Below are positions 38,537 through 47,255 of a DNA stretch of 64,000 nt, one piece after another. The notes under the pieces were generated by a model. That model saw only the letters and a list, made by a program, of their open reading frames with translations. It was not told where the DNA came from and searched no databases. Within the stretch, counting starts at the first letter, position 1, and the number at the start of each line of letters is the position of its first letter. The translations under genes were made by a program, and so were the position numbers. Source of the DNA: an uncultured Pseudomonadales bacterium (GTDB lineage: Bacteria > Patescibacteriota > Microgenomatia > UBA1400 > PJMF01); contig CAYUQY010000002.1 of NCBI GenBank assembly GCA_964447075.1, forward strand, positions 11,317-75,316, read 5' to 3'.

Positions 38537-38693
38537 AAGGAGTATGGGTGGCGGACATCACGGCCCGCCATATTCCCTTCTAGCAGCAATGCTAGATGAA
38601 TCTTTCAAAATCCAGTGATATTCGTGTCCTGGTAGTAGCTATGTGCCACCTTGTTTGAGTCAGATTGGTGAATTTTTCTCTTTTTAAAATCTA

Positions 38694-38726
38694 AACCGTC
38701 ACTTGTATCTAGGTGGCGGTTTTTTG
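38694..38726 (+). terminator. Rho-independent terminator-like hairpin downstream of the 16S gene
   Basis: AACCGTCAC and GTGGCGGTT form a 9-bp stem (one G-U pair) around a 10-nt loop, followed by TTTTTG. Confidence 0.4.
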
Positions 38727-38885
38727 TAGTTCTTGAAGTTTCTGACCTGATACTTAATGCCAAGGTAATCAAACTTAAGAACTCATCACACCCAGTTCTA
38801 GATATCGTTCTCTGCATAAGTCGTACGACCGGTTAAAACTGTATCCCATGCGCTGACCTCTGCTCACAATCTTACGAACTGTCAA

Positions 38886-41800
38886 TTGACCTACCAAAAA
38901 TACTGCCCTATGCTAATTAGCGTAGTATTTACTCATCCTCAAAAACCATTAGTCGGCATGGAAAAACAAATTTCTAAAAGTCATTTTTTTCTTTCTTTCA
39001 TTGGTAATCTCTTTGCCCTTGCTTTTCTAGCTATCAGCCTTTCATCATTTTTTATAAATAGAGCTACAACACATCAAGTTCAAGCCCAGTCCTCATCATT
39101 CACCTTTGGAGCAGCAGGTGACTTTGGCTGCATGTCAAGCTCATGCAATGGCTATAAAGTCCTGCAAAAAGCTAATACTGAAAATCTCAATTTTTTGCTC
39201 GCTGTCGGTGATCTTGCATACGGCAGTAACCTGCCTGAGTCTACCTGGTGTCAAAACGCCAAAAATGCCCTTGGAGCGGTGCCCATGCAGATCATCTCAG
39301 GCAATCACGAAACATGCGGGCATAATGCCAACTATCCTACTTCAATAGATGATGGCTACATTGACAGATTCACTACTCCAACTTGTTTGCCAATTGGTTT
39401 GGGAGCCATACCCAGAGAAAGCGATGAGCTTGGCAAGGAGTACTACTTTGACTATCCACTTGCTCCAGCCGCACCACTGGCTCGTTTTATACTCCTTTCA
39501 CCACGCGCAAACTACGCCCCACCAGGTGGATCTTGTGCTTCGCCAGAATACTACGACTTTGTAAAAAATGACGTCCACTACACTTGGGCCAAAAGTAAAA
39601 TTCAAGAAGCTAGAGCTGCAGGAATCCCTTGGGTAATTGGAGTAAATCATGAAAACTACATCAGTACAGGTGATAAGACCGATGAAATCGGAACTGACTT
39701 CTTCAACCTTCTCCTAGGTGAGGGCTTAGGACCAAGTGGCGCACCTGGGCAAGGGGTAGATCTAATTCTCCAAGGACACGATCACAACTACCAGCGAAGC
39801 AAGCTCCTGGGTCTAAATTCAGCTACCTGTCCCAAGATTCTTGGCAGCGGATTTGATGCTGACTGCATCAAAGAAAGTGGCAGTAACTTCACCAAAGGTC
39901 AAGGTACAGTACTTGTCATCAACGGTACTGGTGGCCTAGGTCACTATCCAACCAATGTAGGCGATACCCAGAATCCATATTTTTCAAGTTGGAACGATAC
40001 CGCTTTTGGACTGATCAAATTTGTTGTCACTCCAGATCAGATTTATGGAGAGTACAAATCTGTAGTGGGCACCCACACCGACAGCTTTACAATCTCTACC
40101 AACCCCACCCCCCCTAGCTCACCAACTCCAGTACCATCATCAACACCACCTCCTTCGTCAGCTAGCCCTAGTCCTAGCCCTTCCCAATCCCCACTGCCAT
40201 CAGCAGGACCTTCTACCACATTTGTCCCTTTTGGCTCAAGTTGGAAGTACTTAGATAATGGTTCTAACCAAGCTACACTCTGGAAAGAGCGCACCTTTAG
40301 TGACCTAAATTGGGCTTCTGGTAGCTCTGAGTTGGGCTACGGAGATAGCGATGAAGCCACTGTCGTAAGTTATGGTCCGGACTCAGCCAACAAGTACGTC
40401 ACCACTTACTTCAGAAAGAGTTTTGACTTGACCAACCATCAGTCGTTCAGCGGACTAACTCTCAAGCTAGTCAGAGATGATGGGGGCGTTGTGTACCTTA
40501 ATGGTACAGAGGTGCATCGTAGCAACATGCCAACTGGAGCTATCTCATACACGACACAAGCTTCCAGCTCCATAGAGGAAACTCAGGACACGGTCTCAGT
40601 TCCTGCATCATTCCTAGTGGAAGGAAATAACACCTTAGCGGTGGAAATTCATCAGTCAAATGTCACCTCTTCAGATATAAGTTTTAATTTAGAGCTAACT
40701 GGTATCAGTAGTGGTGCCTCAGCTACACCTTCGCCACAATCACCGTCGCCGACCCCACAACCTACTTCTCCAACTCCTTCACCCACGCCAGCTCCAATTC
40801 CAGGAGATGCCAATGGAGATGGTGCCGTCAATGAAGCAGATTATTTGATCTGGAAAGACCACTATGGACAAACGATAGCGGGTGGAAATCAAGTTGGCGA
40901 CTTTGATAGTGATAGTAAAATTGATGGAGTTGATTACTCGATTTGGCTGTCTCACCTAGTCATTGATTCTTCATCACCGCTACCTACTGCTTCTCCAGCT
41001 GGAATTACTTATTATGTTGATTGCAACAGTGGGGTTGATAGTAACGCCGGGCTATCGCAAGATTCTGCGTGGCAAACTCTTACTAGAGCCAATGCAGCTA
41101 ACTTAGATCCTGGTCAGTCACTCTTGCTAAAAAGAGGTTGTGTCTGGAATGAGGGGCTTTTACTTGCAACAGAAGATAGCGGCTCAGCGCTTCAAAACGT
41201 TTTGGTTTCTGCCTATGGATCCGGAGAGCTGCCCAAAATTCAAAGAAATGCTAACTCCACAGTAGCTATCAAAACATCTGGCTCTTACATAACCATTGAG
41301 AATGTCTTAGCCGAAGCTCTGCCTTTCAATCTCGACCCAGATTGTGGCAGTAATCCCGTTGGCTATGTCCTAGGTTTTTCATTTGAAAAAGGGGCTTCAT
41401 ATAACACTTTGAGAAACTCTGTGGCCACCGGCAACTACGCGGGTGTATACCTAAAAGCTGGAGCTCACCATAATCTGGTGACCAACAACATCCTCAGCAA
41501 TAACATCATGATGAATCCACTTGACATTACCGTCATCATTGACGGTACCGCCATCAATAACAACAATGACGCTGGTGCATTTGGAGTCCTAATTCACGGC
41601 AATAACAATGAAGTAGCCTACAACACCATTTCTGGCCATGATGCCTGTTCATATGACTATGTCCGTGACGGGGCAGCTGTGGAGATATATGGAGACAGTG
41701 CAGTCAATCCCGACGGCACAATCAATCCCGCAACTCAAAACTCAATCCATCACAATCGAGCTCACAATAACGATGCCTTTACAGAACTGGGTAAAGAGAC

Positions 41801-42314
41801 GAATGGGGAAGCGCAGAACAACACGTATGCATATAACCTAGTCACTTCCACCTTACCAAGCTCAATAGGTGTGGTCACTCGCGGAGCAGGTAGTAGCTAT
41901 GGACCGGTGCTTGGAACAAAGCTTTTCAACAACACTTTTTACCTAACTGGACAGTCAGCCCAAGGGGTGGTCTGTAGCTCTGGCTGCAGCGCTGACATTC
42001 TCACCATGAAAAATAATCTCATCTGGGCAAACTGGAAGGCTGCCTATGCTGATGCTCCATTTGGCGAAGGGCATAATGACTACTGGAAAACCGGAGGTTC
42101 GCCACTGATCCAAGGTTATGTACCTACAGCTACCTCTATAAGAATGGATCCACTATTTGTTTCATCTGGCTCAGATTTTCATCTACAAACCAGCAGTCCA
42201 GCCAAAAACATTGGAACAGACGAATCTACCACTGCAGGTTTTGGGTCTGATCTAGATGGCACGATAGTTCCGCAAGGTGTTGGAGTAGACCTTGGAGCCT
42301 TTGAGTGGAAGTAA
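38886..42314 (+). CDS. Large secreted multidomain protein: calcineurin-like metallophosphoesterase, PT-linkers, dockerin-like EF-hand pair, right-handed beta-helix
   Basis: A TM or signal segment (the likely start is the ATG at 38958) is followed by metallophosphatase motifs (GDLAYGSN, GNHE, GHDHNYQRS). After P/S/T-rich linkers comes DANGDGAVNEADYLIWKDHYGQ...DFDSDSKIDGVDYSIW (dockerin type-I-like), then NN..N..N parallel beta-helix repeats. Confidence 0.6.
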   Translation: MTYQKYCPMLISVVFTHPQKPLVGMEKQISKSHFFLSFIGNLFALAFLAISLSSFFINRATTHQVQAQSSSFTFGAAGDFGCMSSSCNGYKVLQKANTENLNFLLAVGDLAYGSNLPESTWCQNAKNALGAVPMQIISGNHETCGHNANYPTSIDDGYIDRFTTPTCLPIGLGAIPRESDELGKEYYFDYPLAPAAPLARFILLSPRANYAPPGGSCASPEYYDFVKNDVHYTWAKSKIQEARAAGIPWVIGVNHENYISTGDKTDEIGTDFFNLLLGEGLGPSGAPGQGVDLILQGHDHNYQRSKLLGLNSATCPKILGSGFDADCIKESGSNFTKGQGTVLVINGTGGLGHYPTNVGDTQNPYFSSWNDTAFGLIKFVVTPDQIYGEYKSVVGTHTDSFTISTNPTPPSSPTPVPSSTPPPSSASPSPSPSQSPLPSAGPSTTFVPFGSSWKYLDNGSNQATLWKERTFSDLNWASGSSELGYGDSDEATVVSYGPDSANKYVTTYFRKSFDLTNHQSFSGLTLKLVRDDGGVVYLNGTEVHRSNMPTGAISYTTQASSSIEETQDTVSVPASFLVEGNNTLAVEIHQSNVTSSDISFNLELTGISSGASATPSPQSPSPTPQPTSPTPSPTPAPIPGDANGDGAVNEADYLIWKDHYGQTIAGGNQVGDFDSDSKIDGVDYSIWLSHLVIDSSSPLPTASPAGITYYVDCNSGVDSNAGLSQDSAWQTLTRANAANLDPGQSLLLKRGCVWNEGLLLATEDSGSALQNVLVSAYGSGELPKIQRNANSTVAIKTSGSYITIENVLAEALPFNLDPDCGSNPVGYVLGFSFEKGASYNTLRNSVATGNYAGVYLKAGAHHNLVTNNILSNNIMMNPLDITVIIDGTAINNNNDAGAFGVLIHGNNNEVAYNTISGHDACSYDYVRDGAAVEIYGDSAVNPDGTINPATQNSIHHNRAHNNDAFTELGKETNGEAQNNTYAYNLVTSTLPSSIGVVTRGAGSSYGPVLGTKLFNNTFYLTGQSAQGVVCSSGCSADILTMKNNLIWANWKAAYADAPFGEGHNDYWKTGGSPLIQGYVPTATSIRMDPLFVSSGSDFHLQTSSPAKNIGTDESTTAGFGSDLDGTIVPQGVGVDLGAFEWK

Positions 42315-42319
42315 AACAT

Positions 42320-43351
42320 ATGAAAAACTCATCACTTGATATATCTCAAACTAATCCACTGATGAAGCTGACCAGTGTAAAAAGCTCAAAAGAGAAGTTG
42401 ATAGTCTCAGCGATTGTGCTAACTGTCCTAATTTTTGTCCTAGGAATTGGTCTAAGCTTGTCAAAGTCAGCCACAAATCTTGGTAGCAAAGCAGCCGGAA
42501 CAGGTACCGTTTTCTTTACTCCTACGACCCAGTCTCTGCCGCCTGACGCAACTTTAATGCTTCAGCTGGATTCCCGACTAACTCCAGTGGTCTTTGCCCA
42601 TATTGAGGTCAACTTTGATCCAACCAAAGTCCAGCTTGTGCAAAATGTGCAGTTGAGTAATCCTAAGCTAACTAGAGTCGTTGTCTTGACGCCAAGCTCA
42701 GAGGCCAATACAGTTGGAAAAGTGAAGATAGCTCTAGGCTTAGATCCTTTATATAAAATGACTCCACCGGTAGGAACAATAGATCTAGCAAGCCTTAAAT
42801 TCAAATCTATGACTCAGGATCCCAACACTGTAACGAACATTATAATTGACGGCCTGCATCAACAGATTGTGGGGGCTGACTCCACAACATTAGGAATTTC
42901 TACTCAGGATGCGACTCTAACTTTAAACCCTCAACCTTCTCCCTCACCAGCTGCCTCTCCATCACCCATCGCTAGCATCCCTCCCTCACCATCTGCCTCT
43001 CCATCACCAATCGCTAGCATCCTTCCCTCACCATCTGCCTCTCCATCCTCTTCCCCTCAGCCAAGTACATCTCCTCTTCCTATTAGCGTGACAATCACAA
43101 ACCCTCTAAATAACAGCACTGTAAGAGCCAACTCATACGTGAACATCGTCGCTGCTACCTCACCAAACATCACAAAAGTCGAGTTCTTGGTTAACAACTC
43201 GCTAAAGTGTGCCGATGTCGTCGTTCCTTTTTCATGCAGTTGGAAAGTTCCTGGCAAACAAAATGTGCTCTACAAACTTACAGCCAAAGCCTATGACAGT
43301 TCAGGCAACACAAGCCTATATAGTATTTTTGTAACTTCGAAGCGACAATAA
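42320..43351 (+). CDS. Secreted or membrane-anchored repeat protein (SPSPIASIPPSPSA repeats) with Ig-like C-terminal domain
   Basis: An N-terminal TM, a cohesin/Ig-like domain, three tandem PSPSASPSPIASI(P/L)PS repeats and a C-terminal beta-sandwich-like domain are present. The probable start is the ATG at 42320 rather than the GTG at 42305 used by the ORF track. Confidence 0.5.
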   Translation: MKNSSLDISQTNPLMKLTSVKSSKEKLIVSAIVLTVLIFVLGIGLSLSKSATNLGSKAAGTGTVFFTPTTQSLPPDATLMLQLDSRLTPVVFAHIEVNFDPTKVQLVQNVQLSNPKLTRVVVLTPSSEANTVGKVKIALGLDPLYKMTPPVGTIDLASLKFKSMTQDPNTVTNIIIDGLHQQIVGADSTTLGISTQDATLTLNPQPSPSPAASPSPIASIPPSPSASPSPIASILPSPSASPSSSPQPSTSPLPISVTITNPLNNSTVRANSYVNIVAATSPNITKVEFLVNNSLKCADVVVPFSCSWKVPGKQNVLYKLTAKAYDSSGNTSLYSIFVTSKRQ

Positions 43352-43515
43352 GAGTTTTTAGCCTTAATTCAATATTTTTCCAAAATTCTCAGTTGCTTGA
43401 TAGTTAACAGAAAGAGAGCTCGATCGAGAATCAAAAAATACTATCAAGTACAGTAAGCGCTTCTTACTTCCCACTTGCGCAGCAAGCCCTAAATGCGCCA
43501 CAATCATTCTCAACT

Positions 43516-43965
43516 ATGTCACTACTCACTGCTTTTCAAAATATCATCCGCACTCCGTCTGCTGCTTCACCTGCTAGTGCTTCAATGACTTTAGATACTC
43601 CCCAAGCTATCCAAAGCAGCAATCAAGAAAATACTCAATCAGTTGCAGTTACCCCAGAATCACCAATATCTACTGGAGCTCAACAATCAACCATAGCTAA
43701 TCAATCCCTCCAAACCACACCAACTAGCCCAACTCTAACAACGCCTATCATTTCGTTTCCAGTCAACTCAGGCGAATCCATGCGGAGTAGAGTTCTAGCT
43801 CCACCACGGCCAGTACCCATCACTCCAGAGCTGAGTAGAAGCACCCCAGCCCAATCAAATTTAGCCCAATCACCAGCAGAAAATTTAGAAAACTCTTTCT
43901 ACACTCATCCTCCAGATTCCAGTCTTCAAAACAACACATCAGACTCTACTGTCAATAGATTTTAA
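43516..43965 (+). CDS. Hypothetical S/T/P/Q-rich low-complexity protein (doubtful)
   Basis: It is an open frame of only 149 aa with no signal peptide and no motifs. It could be non-coding. Confidence 0.2.
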   Translation: MSLLTAFQNIIRTPSAASPASASMTLDTPQAIQSSNQENTQSVAVTPESPISTGAQQSTIANQSLQTTPTSPTLTTPIISFPVNSGESMRSRVLAPPRPVPITPELSRSTPAQSNLAQSPAENLENSFYTHPPDSSLQNNTSDSTVNRF

Positions 43966-44033
43966 TTAACAATTTGAATCGCAAATTTATTTTTTTTCTA
44001 GCGTCTTACATATAACTGCAGCTCCACCCATCT

Positions 44034-45632
44034 CTATCTACTTTTAAGATTCTTAGTAATTTTAGTTTTTTTAGTTCTTTTATGAGATGCAGTTTCAATG
44101 GCTTTTACTTTAGGCACATCAGCAGTTTTTAGTAACAGTCCTGCCTCAAGTTCTTCTGCGTGTTTGAGACCTCTTCGGATTGAATTTTTAGCCGCAGTAG
44201 TCACCACAAACTCGAGCCAATCTGGATTAGGTTTAGTTCTCCCTCTATCAAGAATTATCTTGACAATGTCGCCATTTTTCAGCTGGTAATTGAGCGTCAC
44301 CATCCTACCATTTACACTTGCGCCGACTGCCTGATGACCTAGCTCCGTGTGGACGCTGTAGGCAAAGTCTATAGGTGTTGCCATGCGAGGCAAGTCGTAT
44401 ACATCGCCTCGTGGAGAAAAAACTAGATTACGATGTTGCAAAGCATCGAACCGTAAGGCGTGAAAATAGTCTTCATTGTTAGTGATTTCCTTCTGCCAAG
44501 CTGCAAGCTGAGTAACCCACGCCAGTTTCTCTTTTGGTACAGCCACCCCATCCTCTAGATCTTGATCTGAAACTCCACTAGACTTTGCCTGGGCATAGTA
44601 CCAATGGGCAGCAACCCCATACTCCGACTGCTCGTGCATCTCTTGAGTACGTATCTGCACCTCACAGATAGACTCATTCGGTCCAATCAGATTTGTGTGA
44701 ATGCTCTTATACCCATTAGGCTTTGGATTGGCAATAAAATCACGAACTCCTAGAAATGGCACCGGATGATAAAGCCTATGTACAACTCCCAAAGTAAGGT
44801 AACAATCTTCCACGTTCTCAACCACTATTCTAAGAGCTTTGATGTCATGCACCTTGGTAATATCTTTATTGTGCTCTGGTCTGAGTAGTTTTAGGTAGAG
44901 ACTATAGAGAAACTTAGCTCGTGTATGGAGAGTTACTTTTTTTATGCCGTGTTCTTTAAGAGCTGTCAGAACTTCACGACGCATTTTTTCGATTATCACA
45001 TTTGCCAGCTTGTAGTACCTAGAGGTGTAGCGCTTGACCCACTCATAGTCCTTGGGATAGACGTAAGGAAAGGCTAAGTCCTCTAACATACCCTTGACGT
45101 GACCCATTCCTAGCCGCTCGGCTAAAGGTGCATACACTTCGAGTGTTTCAGTAGCAATTCGCTTCTGTTTGAGCGGTGGTAGGGCAGCCAATGTCTCCAT
45201 GTTGTGGAGACGGTCAGCTAGTTTGACCAAAACAACCCGTAGGTCTTTGGCCATCGTCAAAATCATCTTGCGCAAGTTCTCAACAAACTCTTCTTGGGTA
45301 TTATTTTTGAGGCGAATATTACTAATCTTGGTCACTCCATCTACCAACACAGCCACACTTTCACCAAAATTTTTCACTATGTCCTGGCGAGTAGCTCCAC
45401 CATCCTCAATAGTGTCGTGCAGTAGCCCAGCCACCACAGAGTCTGTGTCCAATCGCCACTTAACAATCGTCACGGCTATGCTATTTGGATGCTCAATAAA
45501 GGAAGTGCCATCTTTTCGTTTTTGTTCAGTATGAGCCAAGTTGGCAAACTCCCAGGCACTCTGAATTTTTGCTAAGTCCAAAGTTCTTGGAGATCTAGCA
45601 GCTTCGTCAAGCAGATCCTGAAGTAACGACAT
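44034..45632 (-). CDS. Short RelA/SpoT-homolog (HD hydrolase + synthetase + TGS; no ACT/RRM tail)
   Basis: An HD domain (HDTIEDGGAT) and the synthetase domain motifs (YKSIHTNLIGP...CEVQIRT..MHEQSEYGVAAHWYYA) are present. The TGS domain (SPRGDVYDLPRMATPIDFAYSVHTELGH...VNGRMV) follows. The protein is 532 aa. Confidence 0.85.
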   Translation of the reverse strand: MSLLQDLLDEAARSPRTLDLAKIQSAWEFANLAHTEQKRKDGTSFIEHPNSIAVTIVKWRLDTDSVVAGLLHDTIEDGGATRQDIVKNFGESVAVLVDGVTKISNIRLKNNTQEEFVENLRKMILTMAKDLRVVLVKLADRLHNMETLAALPPLKQKRIATETLEVYAPLAERLGMGHVKGMLEDLAFPYVYPKDYEWVKRYTSRYYKLANVIIEKMRREVLTALKEHGIKKVTLHTRAKFLYSLYLKLLRPEHNKDITKVHDIKALRIVVENVEDCYLTLGVVHRLYHPVPFLGVRDFIANPKPNGYKSIHTNLIGPNESICEVQIRTQEMHEQSEYGVAAHWYYAQAKSSGVSDQDLEDGVAVPKEKLAWVTQLAAWQKEITNNEDYFHALRFDALQHRNLVFSPRGDVYDLPRMATPIDFAYSVHTELGHQAVGASVNGRMVTLNYQLKNGDIVKIILDRGRTKPNPDWLEFVVTTAAKNSIRRGLKHAEELEAGLLLKTADVPKVKAIETASHKRTKKTKITKNLKSR

Positions 45633-45641
45633 GAGCCTATT

Positions 45642-47030
45642 CTACTCCACAAATGTCAAAGCCACGCCTTTTTTATCAGCTCTGCCAGTACGACCAATTC
45701 TGTGAATATAATCTTCAAGAGTTTCTGGCAAGTCAAAGTTGATCACGTGAGAAACATCATCTATATCAAGTCCTCTAGACGCTACGTCTGTAGCGAGCAA
45801 GACTTTGACTCTGTTACTTTTGAACTGATCAATAGCTTTTTGTCTCTGATACTGAGATTTATTGCCATGAACTGCCGCAGCTGAAATTCCCAAGTCATCA
45901 AGATTTTGTGAAAGTCTCTCTGTAGCTCGCTTTGTTCTCAAGAAAATCAAGACCTTTTTGAACTCATCTTGCATCAACATCTCTTGCAAGACCTCAATCT
46001 TGATACGACCGTTGGTGCGAATGATGTTTTGGTCAATATTACTAGTAGTTGGAGCTGTTTTGACAGAGATCTGTACTGGATTGTTCAAGAAATCTCTCAT
46101 TACTCTCTCGATATCTGACGTCATCGTGGCTGAGAAGAAGAGAGAGTGTCTCTCCTGTGGTAAGAGGGCCACTAAGTGACGTATGTCTCTAATAAAGCCC
46201 ATATTTAACATCTGGTCAACTTCGTCCAAAACTATATTCTGGAAAAACTTTAAGTTGAGAGCGCGTTGGTTTTCCAAATCTTTAAGTCTACCTGGGGTAC
46301 CAATCACAACTCTAGGTGTGCGGCGCAACTTCTGCACCTGAGTGTTGATGTTCATGCCACCTATGCAAAGAGCTGTATTAATACTCATGCCCTTGGCAAA
46401 AAGTTGACATTCTTGCTCTATCTGAACAGCCAGCTCTCTAGTTGGCGCTACAATGAGGATTTTTTGAGTTGAGTCTGCAGACAGCTTCTGAATCAAAGGA
46501 ACCAAAAATGCAGCTGTTTTACCTGTGCCAGTGTTGGCCAGACCAACTACATCACGTCCTGACAAAACAACGGGAATAACTTTATCTTGAATTGGTGTGA
46601 CTTGAGTGTAGCCACGCTCATCAATATTTTTTTGAAGCTGTGAGTGAAGTGAAAAACTTAAGAAAGTGTTTTCTGGCTCATATTGAGTGCTGACTACAGG
46701 AGTTGTAGCCTGGCTTACAAATCTTGATGGGTCAAATGATCTACGAGCTCTCATGGCAGATCTACCGCCTCCTGAGGATCTCTGTCCACCACCAAATGAG
46801 GATCGACCTCCAGAAAATGATCTTGAGCCTCCACCAAATCCTCTCGAACCACCAGAAGAACTACTACGAGCCCCTCCATAGCTACGAGGTCTATCTCCAA
46901 ACGAAGCTCCCTCAGAACTTCTCTGAGAGCCTCTATCCGAGACTGAATCTGATCTACGACTTGTGAAGCCCCTACTGTTTCCACTCTGGCGGTTGCCTGA
47001 TGGAGAGCTTGCGCGCTGTGACTGATACAT
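45642..47030 (-). CDS. DEAD-box ATP-dependent RNA helicase with ~110-aa N-terminal Gly/Ser/Arg-rich (RGG/SGG-type) extension
   Basis: Q-motif, GTGKTAAF, PTRELA, DEVD (DEAD variant), SAT, ARGLD and HRIGRTGR are present. The N-terminus reads ...SYGGARSSSSGGSRGFGGGSRSFSGGRSSFGGGQRSSGGGRS. Confidence 0.9.
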   Translation of the reverse strand: MYQSQRASSPSGNRQSGNSRGFTSRRSDSVSDRGSQRSSEGASFGDRPRSYGGARSSSSGGSRGFGGGSRSFSGGRSSFGGGQRSSGGGRSAMRARRSFDPSRFVSQATTPVVSTQYEPENTFLSFSLHSQLQKNIDERGYTQVTPIQDKVIPVVLSGRDVVGLANTGTGKTAAFLVPLIQKLSADSTQKILIVAPTRELAVQIEQECQLFAKGMSINTALCIGGMNINTQVQKLRRTPRVVIGTPGRLKDLENQRALNLKFFQNIVLDEVDQMLNMGFIRDIRHLVALLPQERHSLFFSATMTSDIERVMRDFLNNPVQISVKTAPTTSNIDQNIIRTNGRIKIEVLQEMLMQDEFKKVLIFLRTKRATERLSQNLDDLGISAAAVHGNKSQYQRQKAIDQFKSNRVKVLLATDVASRGLDIDDVSHVINFDLPETLEDYIHRIGRTGRADKKGVALTFVE

Positions 47031-47255
47031 AACAATACTTCCTCCCTGTAGATACAGGGCTGATCAAAAAGGGGAGGATAGCAAGTGAAAATTTGGCGGC
47101 GACTTACTTAAAAGACACTATTTTCGTACTAACCTAAAAGCGTACTCGAGGCACGCACCGTTCTTTTTGTGATGAACGCTTTAAAAATTGCGTCCTTAAG
47201 GTGGTAATTGTACAGTACATTTTCTGCTTTGTCTATAGTTATAGGCTAACAGTCC

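Noticed and set aside
38537-38620. 25-codon ORF starting AAGGAGtATG immediately after the 16S 3' end
   Set aside because: The apparent RBS is the sequence just past the 16S 3' end. Given its position at the end of an rRNA gene it is most likely fortuitous.
38537-38885. Expected 16S-23S spacer with tRNA-Ile/tRNA-Ala and a 23S 5' end
   Set aside because: No tRNA cloverleaf or 23S-like sequence is present. The region holds a terminator hairpin and the promoter or leader of the next protein gene.
46687-47035. Plus-strand and minus-strand 64-94-aa ORFs overlapping the helicase 5' region
   Set aside because: They are alternative frames of the GC-rich SGG/RGG repeat region of the DEAD-box gene. 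The helicase frame is continuous with the conserved core.
47031-47255. Possible terminator or sRNA in the 225-bp gap between the helicase start and the upstream membrane-gene end
   Set aside because: There is only a weak, imperfect hairpin (GCGTACTCGAGGCACGC) with a short T-tract. It is not convincing without expression data.
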